From the NCBI GenBank assembly GCA_964016885.1, contig OZ024743.1:280922001-280986000 (forward strand): a DNA stretch of 64,000 nt, read 5' to 3'. The stretch comes from Eledone cirrhosa. Taxonomy: Eukaryota. The notes beneath the pieces are model-generated. The model was not told where the DNA came from, made no database searches, and saw only the letters and a program-made list of their open reading frames with translations. Position 1 is the first letter of the stretch, and each line of letters begins with the position of its first letter. Shown here one piece after another: positions 1-14,517 of the stretch. A program made the translations under genes and the position numbers.

Positions 1-3000
1 TACCGTACAGTAACACTGTTTAGTCTACACTATGCCCTACTGTATATTACTGTGTACTCTAAAATATACCGTACAGTAACACTGTTTAGTCTATACTATG
101 CCGTGCTGTATATTACTGTGTACTCTAAAATATACCGTACAGTAACACGGTTTAGTCTACACTATACTGTGCTGTATATTACTGTGTACTCTAAAATATA
201 TCGTACATTAACACCGTTTAGTCTATACTATGCCGTGCTGTATATTACTCTGTACTCTAAAATATACCGTACAGTAACACTGTTTAGTCTACACTATGCC
301 GTGCTGTATATTACTGCGTACTCTAAAATATACCGTACAGTAACACTGTTTAGTCTATACTATGCCGTGCTGTATATAACTGTGTACTCTAAAATATACC
401 GTAAAGTAACACTGTTTAGTCTACACTATGCCGTGCTGTATATTACTGTGAACTCTAAAATACACCGTATAGTTACACCGTACATTTACACTGTTTAGTC
501 TACACTATGCCGTGCTGTATATTACTGTGAACTCTAAAATATACCGTACAGTAACACTGTTTAGTCTACACTATGCCGTGCTGTATATTACTGTGTACAC
601 TAAAATATACCGTACATTAACACTGTTTAGTTTACACTATGCTGTGCTGTATATTACCGTGTACTCTAAAATATTCCGTACAGTAACACTGTTCAGTCTA
701 TACTATGCCGTGCTGTATATTACAATGTGTACTCTAAAATATACCGTACAGTAACACTGTTTAGTCTACACTATGCCCTACTGTATATTACTGTGTACTC
801 TAAAATATACCGTACAGTAACACTGTTTAGTCTACACTATGCCGTGCTGTATATTACTGTGTACTCTAAAATATACCGTACAGTAACACTGTTTAGTCTA
901 CACTATGCCGTGCTGTATATTACTGTGTACTCTAAAATATACCGTACAGTAACACTGTTTAGTCTACACTATGCCGTGCTGTATATTATTGTGTACTCTA
1001 AAATATACCGTACAGTAACACTGTTTAGTCTACACTATGCCGTGCTGTATATTACTGTGTACTCTAAAATATACCGTACAGTAACACTGTTTAGTCTATA
1101 CTATGCCGTGCTGTATATTACTGTGTACTCTAAAATATACCGTACAATAACACTGTTTAGTCTACACTATACTGTGCTCTATATTACTGTGTACTCTAAA
1201 ATATACCGTACAGTAACACTGTTTAGTCTACACTATGCCGTGCTGTATATTACTGTGTACTCTAAAATATACCGTACAGTAACACTGTTTAGTCTACACT
1301 ATGCTGTGCTGTATATTACTGTGTACTCTAAAATATACCGTACAGTAACACTGTTCAGTCTATACTATGCCGTGCTGTATATTACTGTGTACTCTAATAT
1401 ATACCGTACAGTAACACTGTTTAGTCTATACTATGCCATGCTGTATATTACTGTGTACTCTAAAATATACCGTACAGTAACAATGTTTAGTCTACACTAT
1501 ACTGTGCTGTATATTACTGTGTACTCTAACATATACTGTACGGTAACACTGTTTAGTCTATACTATGCCGTGCTGTATATTACTGTGTACCCTAAAATAT
1601 ACCGTACAGTAACCCTGTTTAGTCTACACTATGCCGTGCTGTATATTACTGTGTACTCTAAAATATACCGTACAGTAACACTGTTTAGTCTACACTATGC
1701 CGTGCTGTATATTATTGTGTACTCTAAAATTTAACTTACAGTAACACTGTTTAGTCTACACTATTCCGTGTTGTATATTACTGTGTACTCTAAAATATAC
1801 CGTACATTAACACTGTTTAGTTTACACTATACTGTGCTGTATATTACTGTGTACTCTAAAATATTCTGTACAGTAACAATGTTCAGTCTATACTATGCCG
1901 TGCTGTATATTACTGTGTACTCTAAAATATACCGTACAGTAACACTGTTTAGTCTACACTATGCCGTGCTGTATATTACTGTGTACTCTAAAATATACCG
2001 TACAGTAACACTGTTTAGTCTACACTATGCCGTGCTGTATATTATTGTGTACTCTAAAATTTAACTTACAGTAACACTGTTTAGTCTACACTATTCCGTG
2101 TTGTATATTACTGTGTACTCTAAAATATACCGTACAGTAACACTGTTTAGTCTATACTATGCCGTGCTGTATATTACTGTGTACTCTAAAATATACCGTC
2201 CAATAACACTGTTTAGTCTACACTATACTGTGCTGTATATTACTGTGTACTCTAAAATATACCGTACATTAACACTGTTGAGTCTACACTATGCCGTGCT
2301 GTATATTACTGTGTACTCTAAAATATACCGTACAGTAACACTATTTAGTCTACAATATGCAGTGCTGTATATTACTGTGTACTCTAAAATATACCGTACA
2401 GTAACACTGTTTAGTCTATACTATGCGGTGCTGTATATTACTGTGTACTCTAAAATATACCGTACAGTAACACTGTTCAGTCTATATTATGCCGTGCTGT
2501 ATATTACTGTGTACTCTAAAATATATCGTAAATTAACACCGTTTAGTCTATACTATGCCGTGCTGTATATTACTCTGTACTCTAAAATATACCGTACAGT
2601 AACACTGTTTAGTCTACACTAGGCCGTGCTGTATATTACTGTGTGCTCTAAAATATACCGTACAGTAACACTGTTTAGTCTACACTATGCCGTGCTGTAT
2701 ATTACTGTGTACTCTAAAATATACCGTACAGTAACACTGTTTAGTCTATACTATGCCGTGCTGTATATTACTGTGTACTCTAAAATATACCGTAAAGTAA
2801 CACTGTTTAGTCTACACTATGCCGTGCTGTATATTACTGTGAACTCTAAAATACACCGTACAGTTACACTGTTTAGTTTATACTATGCCGTGCTGTATAT
2901 TACTGTGTACTCTAAAATATACCGTACAGTAACACTGTTTAGTCTAAACAATGCCGTGCTGTATATTACTGTGTATTCTAAAATATATCGTACAGTAACA

Positions 3001-3925
3001 CTGTTTAGTCTACTCTATGCAGTGCTGTATATTACTGTGTACTCTAAAATATACCGTACAATAACACTGTTTAGTCTACACTATGCCGTGCTGTATATTA
3101 CTGTGTACTCTAAAATATACCGTACATTCACACTGTTTAGTCTACACTATGCCGTGCTGTATAATACTGTGTATTCTAAAATATACCGTACAGTAACACT
3201 GTTTAGTCTACACTATGCCGTGCTGTATATTACTGTGTACTCTAAAATATACCGTACAGTAACACTGTTTAGTCTACACTATGCCGTGCTTATTAATACT
3301 GTGTACTCTAAAATATACCGTACAGTAACACTGTTTAGTCTATACTATGCGGTGCTGTTTATTACTGTGTACTCTAAAATATACCGTAAAGTAACACTGT
3401 TTAGAGTACACTATGCCGTGCTGTATATTACTGTGAACTCTAAAATACACCGTACAGTTACACCGTACAGTTACACTGTTTAGTTTATACTATGCCGTGC
3501 TGTATATTACTGTGTACTCTAAAATATACCGTACAGTAACACTGTTTAGTCTAAACTATGCCGTGCTGTATATTACTGTGTATTCTAAAATATATCGTAC
3601 AGTAACACTGTTTAGTCTATACTATGCCGTGCTGTATATTACTCTGTACTCTAAAATATACCGTACATTAGCACTGTTTAGTCTATACTATGCCGTGCTG
3701 TATATTACTGTGTACTCTAAAATATGCCGTACAGTAACACTGTTTAGTCTACACTATGCCGTGCTGTATATTACTGCTTACTCTAAAATATACCGTACAG
3801 TAACTCTGTTTAGTCTACACTATGCCGTGCTGTATATTACTGCTTACTCTAAAATATACCGTACAGTAACACTGTTTAGTCTACTCTATACCGTGCTGTA
3901 TACTCTAAATACTGTGTACTCTAAA
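1..3925. repeat. 66-bp tandem satellite (~59 copies, runs off window start)
   Basis: Unit TACCGTACAGTAACACTGTTTAGTCTACACTATGCCGTGCTGTATATTACTGTGTACTCTAAAATA repeated with few substitutions; gives the periodic 22-aa ORFs. Confidence 0.97.
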
Positions 3926-4636
3926 CAATGCAGCAACCCCCTTATATCGCAACTAACCAACGTTTCTCGTGCCTGTATCGCTATCCGTCACATGTAACCC
4001 GTTCTCTTGCTCTGCCGTGAAAAAGAATAAGTTATATATACATATATATATGTGTATGTGTGTGTGTGTATGAATATATGTATTTTTGTAACTCTTTATA
4101 ATTTACACAGACAAACATAAGCACACATACACAAAAGACATTACCTATCTTAGTCATATTGCTACAATAAGAAGTACGCCTTCCAATCACAAGTTCCTGG
4201 CTTCCAAACTTGCATTTTTCCCTATAAATAGTCATTTCTCCAACGTTACCCATACATTTAATTCTGTATGACATTTGTACACATTACATACGGTGACCAT
4301 TTATCCAAGAGATATGTCATTAAAAGACCCTTCTCGTCTTCCATCACTTCTACATAACTGTATTTAACAGAAATTGTAGGGTTTCTCTTATGCAATCCAT
4401 TAATCTCTCAAAACACAAATTTCCCTATTTGTATTGTTATTCATATATCCAGCAATCCTACTTCTTGTGGCATATAGATCCTGAATAACTAAAATATATT
4501 GTCATATATATACAACATAGAAAGAAGTCAGTTGTAGATCGACACAGAAATATGTTAACATAACACTAGAAGAAATACAAGCTTTCTGTGCCTGTCCGTC
4601 TACGTTTGGCGTCGCCATCTTTGTATGTGGATATAC

Positions 4637-4667
<31 letters not shown>

Positions 4668-4716
4668 TGTATGTATGTATGTATGTATGTATGTATGTAT
4701 GTATGTATGTATGTAT

Positions 4717-5210
4717 GTGTGGCGGTTTAGTCGCCGACGACCCGACCATGAGACAGGTTGTACTGGGTTACATGTTTCTAGTAGCACTCGAAGCGATCTG
4801 ACAAAACCGGCATCCCCACCGAGCTAGCTTGGTGAGAAGGGATGAAATACAAGACCCGACAAAGGGCGGAGGAACGCAGCAGCAGAATCAACGACCATCC
4901 AAATAGTGATTTTTTTTTTTCACCTTGGAGTGAAAGGCCCCCAGAGAGGGAAACTCTGAAAAAAAAACCTGCGGCTTCGTAAGCATCCGATGATGTTGAC
5001 TAGTTCTCCTTTTCGGGTAATGTTTTTGATACTCATAGAGTGGGATGGTCGAGTGCAAGGCCTTTCCCCACTTAAAAAAACCTTCAAAGTACAGGCATTG
5101 CTTGTTCAGGATATGTTACAGGTTTGTGTGGCTGGCGGTAGCCTAAAAGTGCACCAAACTCTACAATCTGACAAGCGATTGCAATACTCTTAACAGAGTT
5201 TGCAACCATC
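4717..5210 (+). mobile_element. RTE-type LINE 5'-UTR-derived non-autonomous element, related to 27632-28240
   Basis: Shares GGCA(T/A)CCCCACC..CTTGGTGAG, G(G/A)AAACTCTGA and ATCC(G/A)ATGATGTTGACT blocks with 27632-28240; flanked by (TATG)n. Confidence 0.55.
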
Positions 5211-5512
5211 ATGCATGTATGCATTTATGTATGTATATACGTATGTATGCTGCACGTACGTGCGTACGTATGTATGTATATTCTTCTAGGTTTTTGTTCT
5301 TTTTTAATTTCTCTCCAATAGAGAAAGACAACTGGCGATAACTGGCTTCAAACTCAGAATCAAGGCTCATGAATTGGAATTAAGCAAAATCAACTAGATA
5401 ATGATGTATGTATATTTAGTTATAGATGTCATTGTATGCGTGGAGCTGTACATTCTGAATTATATGTGCCAGTTACCATACGTTTCTATATCTACATATG
5501 TGTGTATATAAT

Positions 5513-5731
5513 TATTGGTTTCTTATATAGGCACAAGGCCTGTGATTTGGGGGCAGGGGAAAGTCGATTAAATCGACCCCAGTGCGTGACTGGTACTTTA
5601 TTTTATCGACCCCATGAGGATGAAAGGCAAAGTTAACCTCGGCGGGATTTGGACTCAGATCATAAAGGGCCATAACTCTTTGCTGCAAAGCATGGCATCC
5701 GACTCTGTACCGATTCTGCCAATCCACCGCC
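5513..5731 (-). mobile_element. tRNA-derived SINE (dominant family of the window)
   Basis: Reverse complement has A-box-like TGGCAGAATCGG, B-box-like GAGTCCAAATCC and core CTTTGCCTTTCATCCT..GGGTCGATAAAATAAAGTACC seen in >20 copies. Confidence 0.85.
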
Positions 5732-6006
5732 CATGTGTGTATATAATTATTGCATGCAAAACTTCGCAAGTATGTACGTATATATATTTCCCTGGTTTTC
5801 TTCTTTTTATTTTACATTTTACCAACAGAATATATATACATCCTAGGTTTAGTATGTCTGTAAGTATATATGTATGTAGGTATGTATATGTGAATGTATA
5901 CAGGTATGTATTTCTTTCTCTCTCTCCCTTTCTCTCTCTCAAAATATATATGTATATATATGTGTGTGTGTGTGCGCGCGCGCGCGCGTGTGTCTGTGTC
6001 TCTCGT

Positions 6007-6055
6007 CTTTCCTGATGATTTCTTTCGAATGAAACAGTTCTAGTCCAGTAGAAGA
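6007..6055 (+). ncRNA. Type I hammerhead ribozyme motif (family B, U.U at stem II base; one stem III mismatch)
   Basis: TTTC-CTGATGA-T-TTC(TTTC)GAA-T-GAAACAG-TTCTAGTC-CAGTA-GAAG. Confidence 0.6.
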
Positions 6056-6100
6056 AATTTCTATATTAAATATTAAATATTATATATATATATATATATG

Positions 6101-6160
<60 letters not shown>

Positions 6161-6167
6161 TATGTAT

Positions 6168-6219
<52 letters not shown>

Positions 6220-6224
6220 GTATG

Positions 6225-6277
<53 letters not shown>

Positions 6278-6282
6278 GTATG

Positions 6283-6323
<41 letters not shown>

Positions 6324-6444
6324 CCAAAGATTACTCGACGAACAGAATATTACAATAGATTAGAAGCACTCAACAGTGGTTTTCCTGGAGTTTTTAATAT
6401 TATTCAAAATGTTAACAAATGAAAAATATTCTCATAATCAAAAT

Positions 6445-6513
6445 ATATATTTTATAATACATATTTCAAAGGTATTATGGTGTTTAAGTACGTTTTCATC
6501 AGACAAAATATAT
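6445..6513 (-). ncRNA. Minimal type I hammerhead ribozyme (short stem III, Penelope-type)
   Basis: Minus: ATATATTTTGT-CTGATGA-AAACGTA..TACCTTT-GAAA-TATGTA-TT-ATAAAATATAT; 11-bp stem I. Confidence 0.7.
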
Positions 6514-6569
6514 GATTTGATATGTGACATGCCACTACGGTTTTGATTATTCAATTCCAGTATTGGCAG

Positions 6570-6605
<36 letters not shown>

Positions 6606-7559
6606 TTATGCAACCTATTTTGTATGATTTCCATATTATTAGTAGAATCATGTCGTCTTTGAATTGTCTTGTGTCATATATCTGGCAATAACGTGTGTCA
6701 ATTCGACTTCACGTCCACCTTTAAATGTAATTAGTTCTTAGAAATAATATAAAGAGAAGATATTATTCCATATTTAACAATGTCATCCGTCCCATGCGAA
6801 CAATTCTTTCAGTAATATATTTTTAAAACTAAAACTGAGTGTTAAGCTGTAAATGTATGTTTTCGATGCAACACTACTTAACAAGTGTGAAGGAAAATTA
6901 TATCAACACTTCATAACTGAACGTAATTGATTTTAAACATAAGTGGAAACTGATAAATATATTAGATGTGCTGAAATAACAGTCCTGAGGAAAAGATTAA
7001 CGTTAAATATGCTTTCATATATTTATCTTCTTGATTATTATGCTGTGCGGTATTCAAATAATTTCATATTCTTTTGAGAGACAAATAGGTATTGTGTTAA
7101 AATACAATAATTGGTTTACCAAAACATGATTATAAAAGTAAGAGGCAAGCATTGTACAAAATATTAGGTTCAATCGACGTAACCCATATCTCAAACAACT
7201 ATATGACCTTGTGATTATGTGTGGAATCATTATTAATATATTCTTTTGACATTAAGATCATAAGTTCGATTCCAGGTGGGGCATTCCATCATTTTTAACA
7301 TTTTATTAAACATGCTCGAATCCACACAGCAGGCAAAAAAGAGTTCTGCCTGTAATTCAAAGGCAGACCTTGTTACAAATTGTGTTATACTTAATTTCCA
7401 CGAGAACCATGTTGGTAGTACACGTGTCTGTGGACTATTCAGCTACTCGCACGTTAATTTTGTTTGAACAACTGTAACATTCGTCCTCTCAACTGACAAA
7501 GGTCCTATATATATAATATATTATTTTAACACTAGAAATAGTGTTAGGTTTCTTTTACG

Positions 7560-8954
7560 ATAGCTAGTCAACCTTCTGTATGCCAACGTTTTATAGATGG
7601 CCGTTAATGAAATTATCATTATCTTCATACAGTCTGAGTTCAAATCCCACCAAGGCTAATTTTGCCTGTCATCTTTCTGGGGTAGATGAAATAAAATAAT
7701 ATTCAACTACTGGATCGATTTAATCAACTATATACTCCCCAAAATGTATGGCCTTGTGTTTGTGGAAGAAATTAATATCATTATTATTGTTATTGATATT
7801 CATATTGTTTACTCGATTTTTCTGTAAAACCCCACTTTTGTATTGTCCCCTATATGTCGGCCCTTGTGGCTAATAAATGAAATCATTATCATTGTTATTG
7901 TTGAGCGTCGAACAACATGCTTTGTGACAAATAGTTAGGCTTTTTACTTTCTGAGTTCAAAGTTAACTTTGCTTTTCATCCTTACGAGGTCGATAAAATA
8001 ATGTACCGGTAATGCAGAGGTCGATTTAATCGAATTTCCCTTTCCCCCAAAAAATTGTTGGTTTTGTGCCTTTAGCAGAAATCAATATTATATTGTTATT
8101 GCCGTTGCTAAGGCCACTGGATTAGCGGTATCGGTAGAGTGTCGGACAACATACTTTACGTTCGGAGTTCAAATCCTGCCTAGGTTAAATTTGCCTTTCA
8201 TCTTTACGGGTTGATAAAATAACGTACCAGTAACACACTGGGGTCAATTTAATCGATATTTCCCTTCCTTTCAAATTGCTAGCCATGTGCCAAATATAAA
8301 AACAACTATTATTTTTGTTGCTGACAATAAAGTATCGAATAAAATGCCCTTGCGTTATTTGATTACTATCCTACTTACGATCTGAATTCACATTTCGTCG
8401 TGGTCAACTTTAATATTTCCGGGGCCTATAAAATAAAGTACCAGTCAAGTGCTGGGATCTATTTTATAGACTTTCTCCTCCCTGAAATTGTTGACCTCGT
8501 GCCTAAATTAGAAAAAAAATTATTATAGTTGTTGAAAAGGGTGCTAGATTGGCAAGATCGTTTAATCGGCTTTTAATATTCTAAGTTCGAATCTAGCCGA
8601 GGTCATCTATGATATTCATCCTTCTGAGGTTGATAAAATAAGCACTCAAGTACTGAGATCGATATGATCGACTTTCTCACATCTCAAAGTTCTGGTCTTG
8701 TGCCAATGTTAGAAAGAATTATGAGAACGGTGGATGATTGGTAGAATCGGTGGAGCGTCGGAAAAATAGTTTGTAGCATTTAATTATGTTTACGTTCTGA
8801 GTTTAAATCCCACCGAAGTCATCTTTTTAGCCTTTCTTTTTTCCAGGATCGATGAAATAAAATATCAGTAAAGAACTGGAGGTGATTTAAACGGCAATCC
8901 CCTTCCCTTCAAATTGCTGGCCTTATTCCAAAAGTAGAAGCAACAATAATTATC

Positions 8955-9031
<77 letters not shown>

Positions 9032-9135
9032 CGGCGGTGGTGGTGGTTGTAGTAGTAGTAGTAGTAGTAGTATAGTAGTAGTCAATTACAGAGGTCGAGT
9101 TAATCGACTAACCATTCTCCACAAATTTCTGGACT
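7560..9135 (+). mobile_element. Head-to-tail array of ~7-8 diverged SINE copies
   Basis: Recurrent GAGTTCAAATCC, CTTTCATC..GGTCGATAAAATA and GGCCTTGTGCC blocks at ~200-300 bp spacing. Confidence 0.8.
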
Positions 9136-10694
9136 TGCTGTTGTTTTTTGTAGAATGAAGTGGAGAGTGTAATGGTAATTTATTTTATGCCTAATCGTGA
9201 TTTTGATAATTTTATAAATGATTAAAAAAATGCGGACATTTTTATTTGTAACAGGCGAATGTGGTATTTCTAATAATTGGTTTTAACTTATTTAAAATTA
9301 AGAACAATGACTTTTATAGCGATTTTGACGATTTTTGCGACATTCTAAACACTTTTAAGTGAAAATATGAAATAATTTATTTTATGACTCATTTTAAACC
9401 TCTTGTCTCGATTCCAAATATTTTCCATTTTTTAAACATAAATTATTTTTATTTTATTTATATTAATTTATTCATTTATTTATTCGTTCGTCTAAAACAA
9501 CGTATAGCGATTTGAAAATGAGTCATTTAATATTGTTACAATATGAGTATTAAAATAGAAAATTGTAGAGGCTGAGGTGGAGAAGGATGTGGTTGTTGTT
9601 GTTGTAGTTGTTGTTTAGCCATTGGTCAATTCTTATGGAGAAGACCATGTCCAAAGGCATTCCAGTCGTAACTACTTCGTATTCTCATTCAGTTATTTTG
9701 GACTACATTATCAAATGTGTCCTTTTCTAAAGAGCACGTCTTGATGAAGATATGGCTACTATTTCTGGTTCGTCGAGCGACCATGTAGAGATTGTCTTGG
9801 CTTGTGTTGATGCCAGTAGTCAAGGTACATTGATGGCCATTCCAATGGTCCTCGTCTACCGTAGCGACTTTTTAACCCTTCGCTGTAACAAGTCTTTATG
9901 AAAATAGGTGGTAGGAATGTATATAGAGAGAGAGAGGGAGTTGGTGGTGGTGATGTTGGTGGTGGTGCTGCTGCTGCTGCTGCTGCTGTTGCTGTTTTTA
10001 TTTTCGTCTCGGATGATTATGTTGTTTGTATATAACTTAAGGCGGTGAAAGGGAGAAGTCGAGAGAATGTCGGATACAATGCATTGTGGAATATGTTCGG
10101 GCTCACTGCACTCTGAGTTCAAATCTCGCCGATATCAAATTGGCTTGTCATCATTTCTAGGTCGATAAAAATATACCAATCCAGTAATAGGAGCGATTCT
10201 TCCTCTATATCTCACTTTTTTTTCTCTCCTCTCTCCCCTCCCCCCGTCTCTCTCTCTTTCTCTCTTTCATTGGAAGATAACGCTAGGTTTAAAAAATGAC
10301 CAACAAATGTCCACTCAAGACATAGGTCAACCCGAGGTTATGGTAAATGACACATACCCACATTGAACCTGGGACCTAATGATTGGGCAACAAACTTCTT
10401 AACCACTTAGCCGTCAACAAATAAATGAATATATAAATAAATAAACAAATCAATTTAAACTGATTACATAATACTTACAGATGGTACCAAGCCTTATGCA
10501 TCTAATACATATATATGATTTCTGATATAGGCACAAGGCCAACAATTTTGGTATTACATATGGGCCCAAAATAAATTTTATACACCTAGAAATATTACCA
10601 GTAGTACTAAAATAACACCAAGATACTTTCGTGGAATAATCAACTGAGGTTTATTTTTCAACATAATGGCGGTGTTGGTGTTGGTGCTGGTGCT

Positions 10695-10759
<65 letters not shown>

Positions 10760-11039
10760 GCGTGAAAGTTTAGGTTGAGATACAGCATTACCATTTCTCA
10801 ACGAATCTTTACAAAATTTGGAACAGTGGTTCAGATCGAACCCAGAATAATTTATGAGTGAAAAAATCCCGACTCCAAACCGCTCCTGGTATACACAAGG
10901 AAGATGTCAAGGCGGAGACGGAGAAAGCTGAATGTTTAAAAAGATGATGGAGTGGAGGAGTTAAAAATGAATATTCGGAATTGGAGCAATTTCTGAAACA
11001 GAACATTTTGTATTCTATATTAGGACATTAAACGTGTCC

Positions 11040-11136
<97 letters not shown>

Positions 11137-11468
11137 AAACACACGCATACGTATACATATTGTTTTCCTCAAATTTATGGGTGTATATAAATTCATATAT
11201 ACAGATATGCTTGTGTGTGCGTGTGTGTTTATATATGTGCGTATGCTTGTATGTATATGTGTAGCAGTAATTGCGAGCTAGTGTCTGTGTGTCTTTACGT
11301 ATCACTGATACTCCAAGTGTAACTATGTTTCTCAATAAACATCTAAAGAACTTCATAAAACTTTTTAAGTCATTTTTAACAAATTGAATTTTTATGTAGT
11401 CAGCACATTGGAATCGCCGAGTACCACTGCTAGTACGGACACACAGACATACACATGCTTATACACTA

Positions 11469-11558
<90 letters not shown>

Positions 11559-11658
11559 GTATATATATGTGTGTGTGTATATATATACATAAACAAATAT
11601 ATATATATGTGTATATATATATATATATAAACATACACACACACACACACATACACAT

Positions 11659-11713
<55 letters not shown>

Positions 11714-11740
11714 CATATATATATACATACATAAATATAC

Positions 11741-11777
<37 letters not shown>

Positions 11778-11919
11778 CATAAATATATATATATATATGT
11801 ATATATATATACATATATATATACATACATATATATATATATATACATATATATATACATACATAAATATACATATATATATATATACTCATATATATTT
11901 ATATATACATATACATAAA

Positions 11920-12014
<95 letters not shown>

Positions 12015-12981
12015 CATACTCCACTAGGGTCCATGTTATCTTCTAACCCTTCAGGATTAAAAGAAGAATCGATGATATAGTGGAATGGATTCTTCACATC
12101 TATAACGCTACTGTGTGGACATTGGCTCCTTTGTACTTAATCAAAATCAATACTATTAGATGTCGTTGTTGTTGTTGTTGTTGTTGTTGTTCTTCTTCTT
12201 CTTCTTCTTCTTCTTCTTCTTCTTCTTCTTCTTCTTTTTCTTCTTTTTCTTCTTTTTCTTCTTTTTCTTCTTTTCCTTCTTCTTTCTTTTTCTTGTTAAG
12301 GTTGTTGCTGTCGTTGTTGTTGTTGTTTAACCCCGGGATATTCCTGAATGAGTGAATCTCTGATCAAAGGTATTACCTCCTTGAACATCCTGTCGTTTAT
12401 TCATAGTGTGTCTAGAACCACATCAAATAAATATGTCCCGCCTTTTGGAAGACGCCATAGTCAGATTTGAGGATGGTTTGGTTTCTATTCTAGTAAATTG
12501 TGTGACCACGACGAGGCTCCCTTGTTCGCCTGTATTAGACGTTGTTCTTGCTGGAGATAGTAAGAGCGATGATTAATCCAAGTCACGTGTGTAGCTATGA
12601 ATATCCCATTCTCACGAGAATTATCCCTATCTTGGATTAGATTATCCAATATACCGTTCTCTTTTCATGACGGCTCTGAAGCATTTGTGAAATATTTGCT
12701 ATGTCTACAAATTCTAAATTGTCTAGCGACCGTCAGGGGTACATACTATTCAGAGAAATACGTAAGTGTAGATAAACGTAAATTAACGTACAAACCAAAA
12801 TGAAATGAATTGACCAAATAATTAAAAACAAAATTAGACGTGTTGCTGTAAAAGCTTCTTACAGCAGTGTATTTGTACATAAAACTAAGTCGTTTTTAGT
12901 GTAAAGTTAGCAAGAAATCTACTTAAAATGACTGATGTTTTAGCTTTTGTATAAATGCTGGCACAATGATGGTACCAAATC

Positions 12982-13285
<304 letters not shown>

Positions 13286-13662
13286 ATGCTACCCTCCTTC
13301 TGGTCACTTGTCGCATGATAGTTCTTTCATTCGAAATTATCACTTAGAACGAACAGCTGGAAATTCTTGTCTCGAATTTTATTTCTGGACAGAGAAAGTC
13401 TCTTGATGATTTAGGATTTCTCACGATATTCCATTCGGAATACCGTTATTTTCCTATTGAAACTGCAGTAGGGACATTAAAGTGAGTAAGAAAATATTTT
13501 TTTCTTAACTTGTTTACTTTTTCCATATTTGATATTATTAGGCTCTGAATCTGTTAATTTTATTAACTATTTCATTAACTAAACTCAATATAAGTTGGAC
13601 ACTCTGTATGTATCTACCTATACCTGTATCTATACACGTGTAGAGATATGTATACTTCTTCA

Positions 13663-13712
<50 letters not shown>

Positions 13713-13987
13713 AGAGAGAGCGAGAAGGGGAGAGAGAGAGATAAATAGATAAATATAATTAAAGTTAGATAATTCAGTATTGTTTTTGGTAAGATGCGTA
13801 AAGGTCAATGCGTTATTAAGAGTCACCAGCATATAGCAATCAAAGGTGTACTCTGATTAGTTAGCTTCATCGATCATATATACTGGCATCGCACTTTTCT
13901 CTATAGAACAATTCTGCTTGACCGGCAACCACTCTGTATAATCAGTTCCTGATTATTACTGGAATTCGATAAGAATCAAACATTCAT

Positions 13988-14084
13988 GATTTTCAGCAAA
14001 CAGGTGGAGTAGTTAGCTTTGATAAGCACCAAATAGTGCGAAACAGAGCTATGTCAGCTTTATCTCCCCTGTTTGCTGAAAATT
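13988..14084 (+). ncRNA. Extended type I hammerhead ribozyme with U3-A8 core and GUC site
   Basis: AGCT-TTGATAA-GCAC(CAAATA)GTGC-GAAACA(GAGCTA)TGTC|AGCT; distal stem I TTTTCAGCAAACAGG..GGAG pairs with CTCC-CCTGTTTGCTGAAAA. Confidence 0.75.
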
Positions 14085-14155
14085 AAAGTAAGTGAGACTG
14101 TCACTACTCTAAAACAATAGCGTAAGGTCTTCGAAATGCTTTTAATTAAGCATAC

Positions 14156-14391
14156 AGTGTATTGCAAAATAATTGTTTCTACGTTAGGCACAAGGCCAGC
14201 AATTACCCAGTGTATTACTGGTACTTTATTTTATCGACCCCGTAAGGATGAAAGGCAAAGTTAACCTCGGCGGGATTTGAACTCAGAATGGCAAGGGCCG
14301 TAACTCCATGCTTTGGCGCATAGAGTTACGGCCCTTGCCATTCTGAGTTCAAATCCCCCCGGGGTTAGCTTTTAGTGTATTGCAAAATAAT
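14156..14391. mobile_element. SINE with inverted duplication, flanked by 18-bp direct repeat
   Basis: AGTGTATTGCAAAATAAT at 14156 and 14374; internal arms GATTTGAACTCAGAATGGCAAGGGCCGTAACTC / GAGTTACGGCCCTTGCCATTCTGAGTTCAAATC. Confidence 0.75.
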
Positions 14392-14437
14392 ACACTATAT
14401 ATACATCCATATATATATCGCTATTCCAGAGCACCAA

Positions 14438-14516
<79 letters not shown>

Positions 14517-14517
<1 letters not shown>

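Noticed and set aside
1-3925. CRISPR-like array
   Set aside because: No unique spacers, no cas genes, eukaryotic context
52-3997. Long hydrophobic repeat ORFs (up to 335 aa)
   Set aside because: Product of a 66-bp satellite; interrupted by stops and frameshifts, with no unique coding flanks
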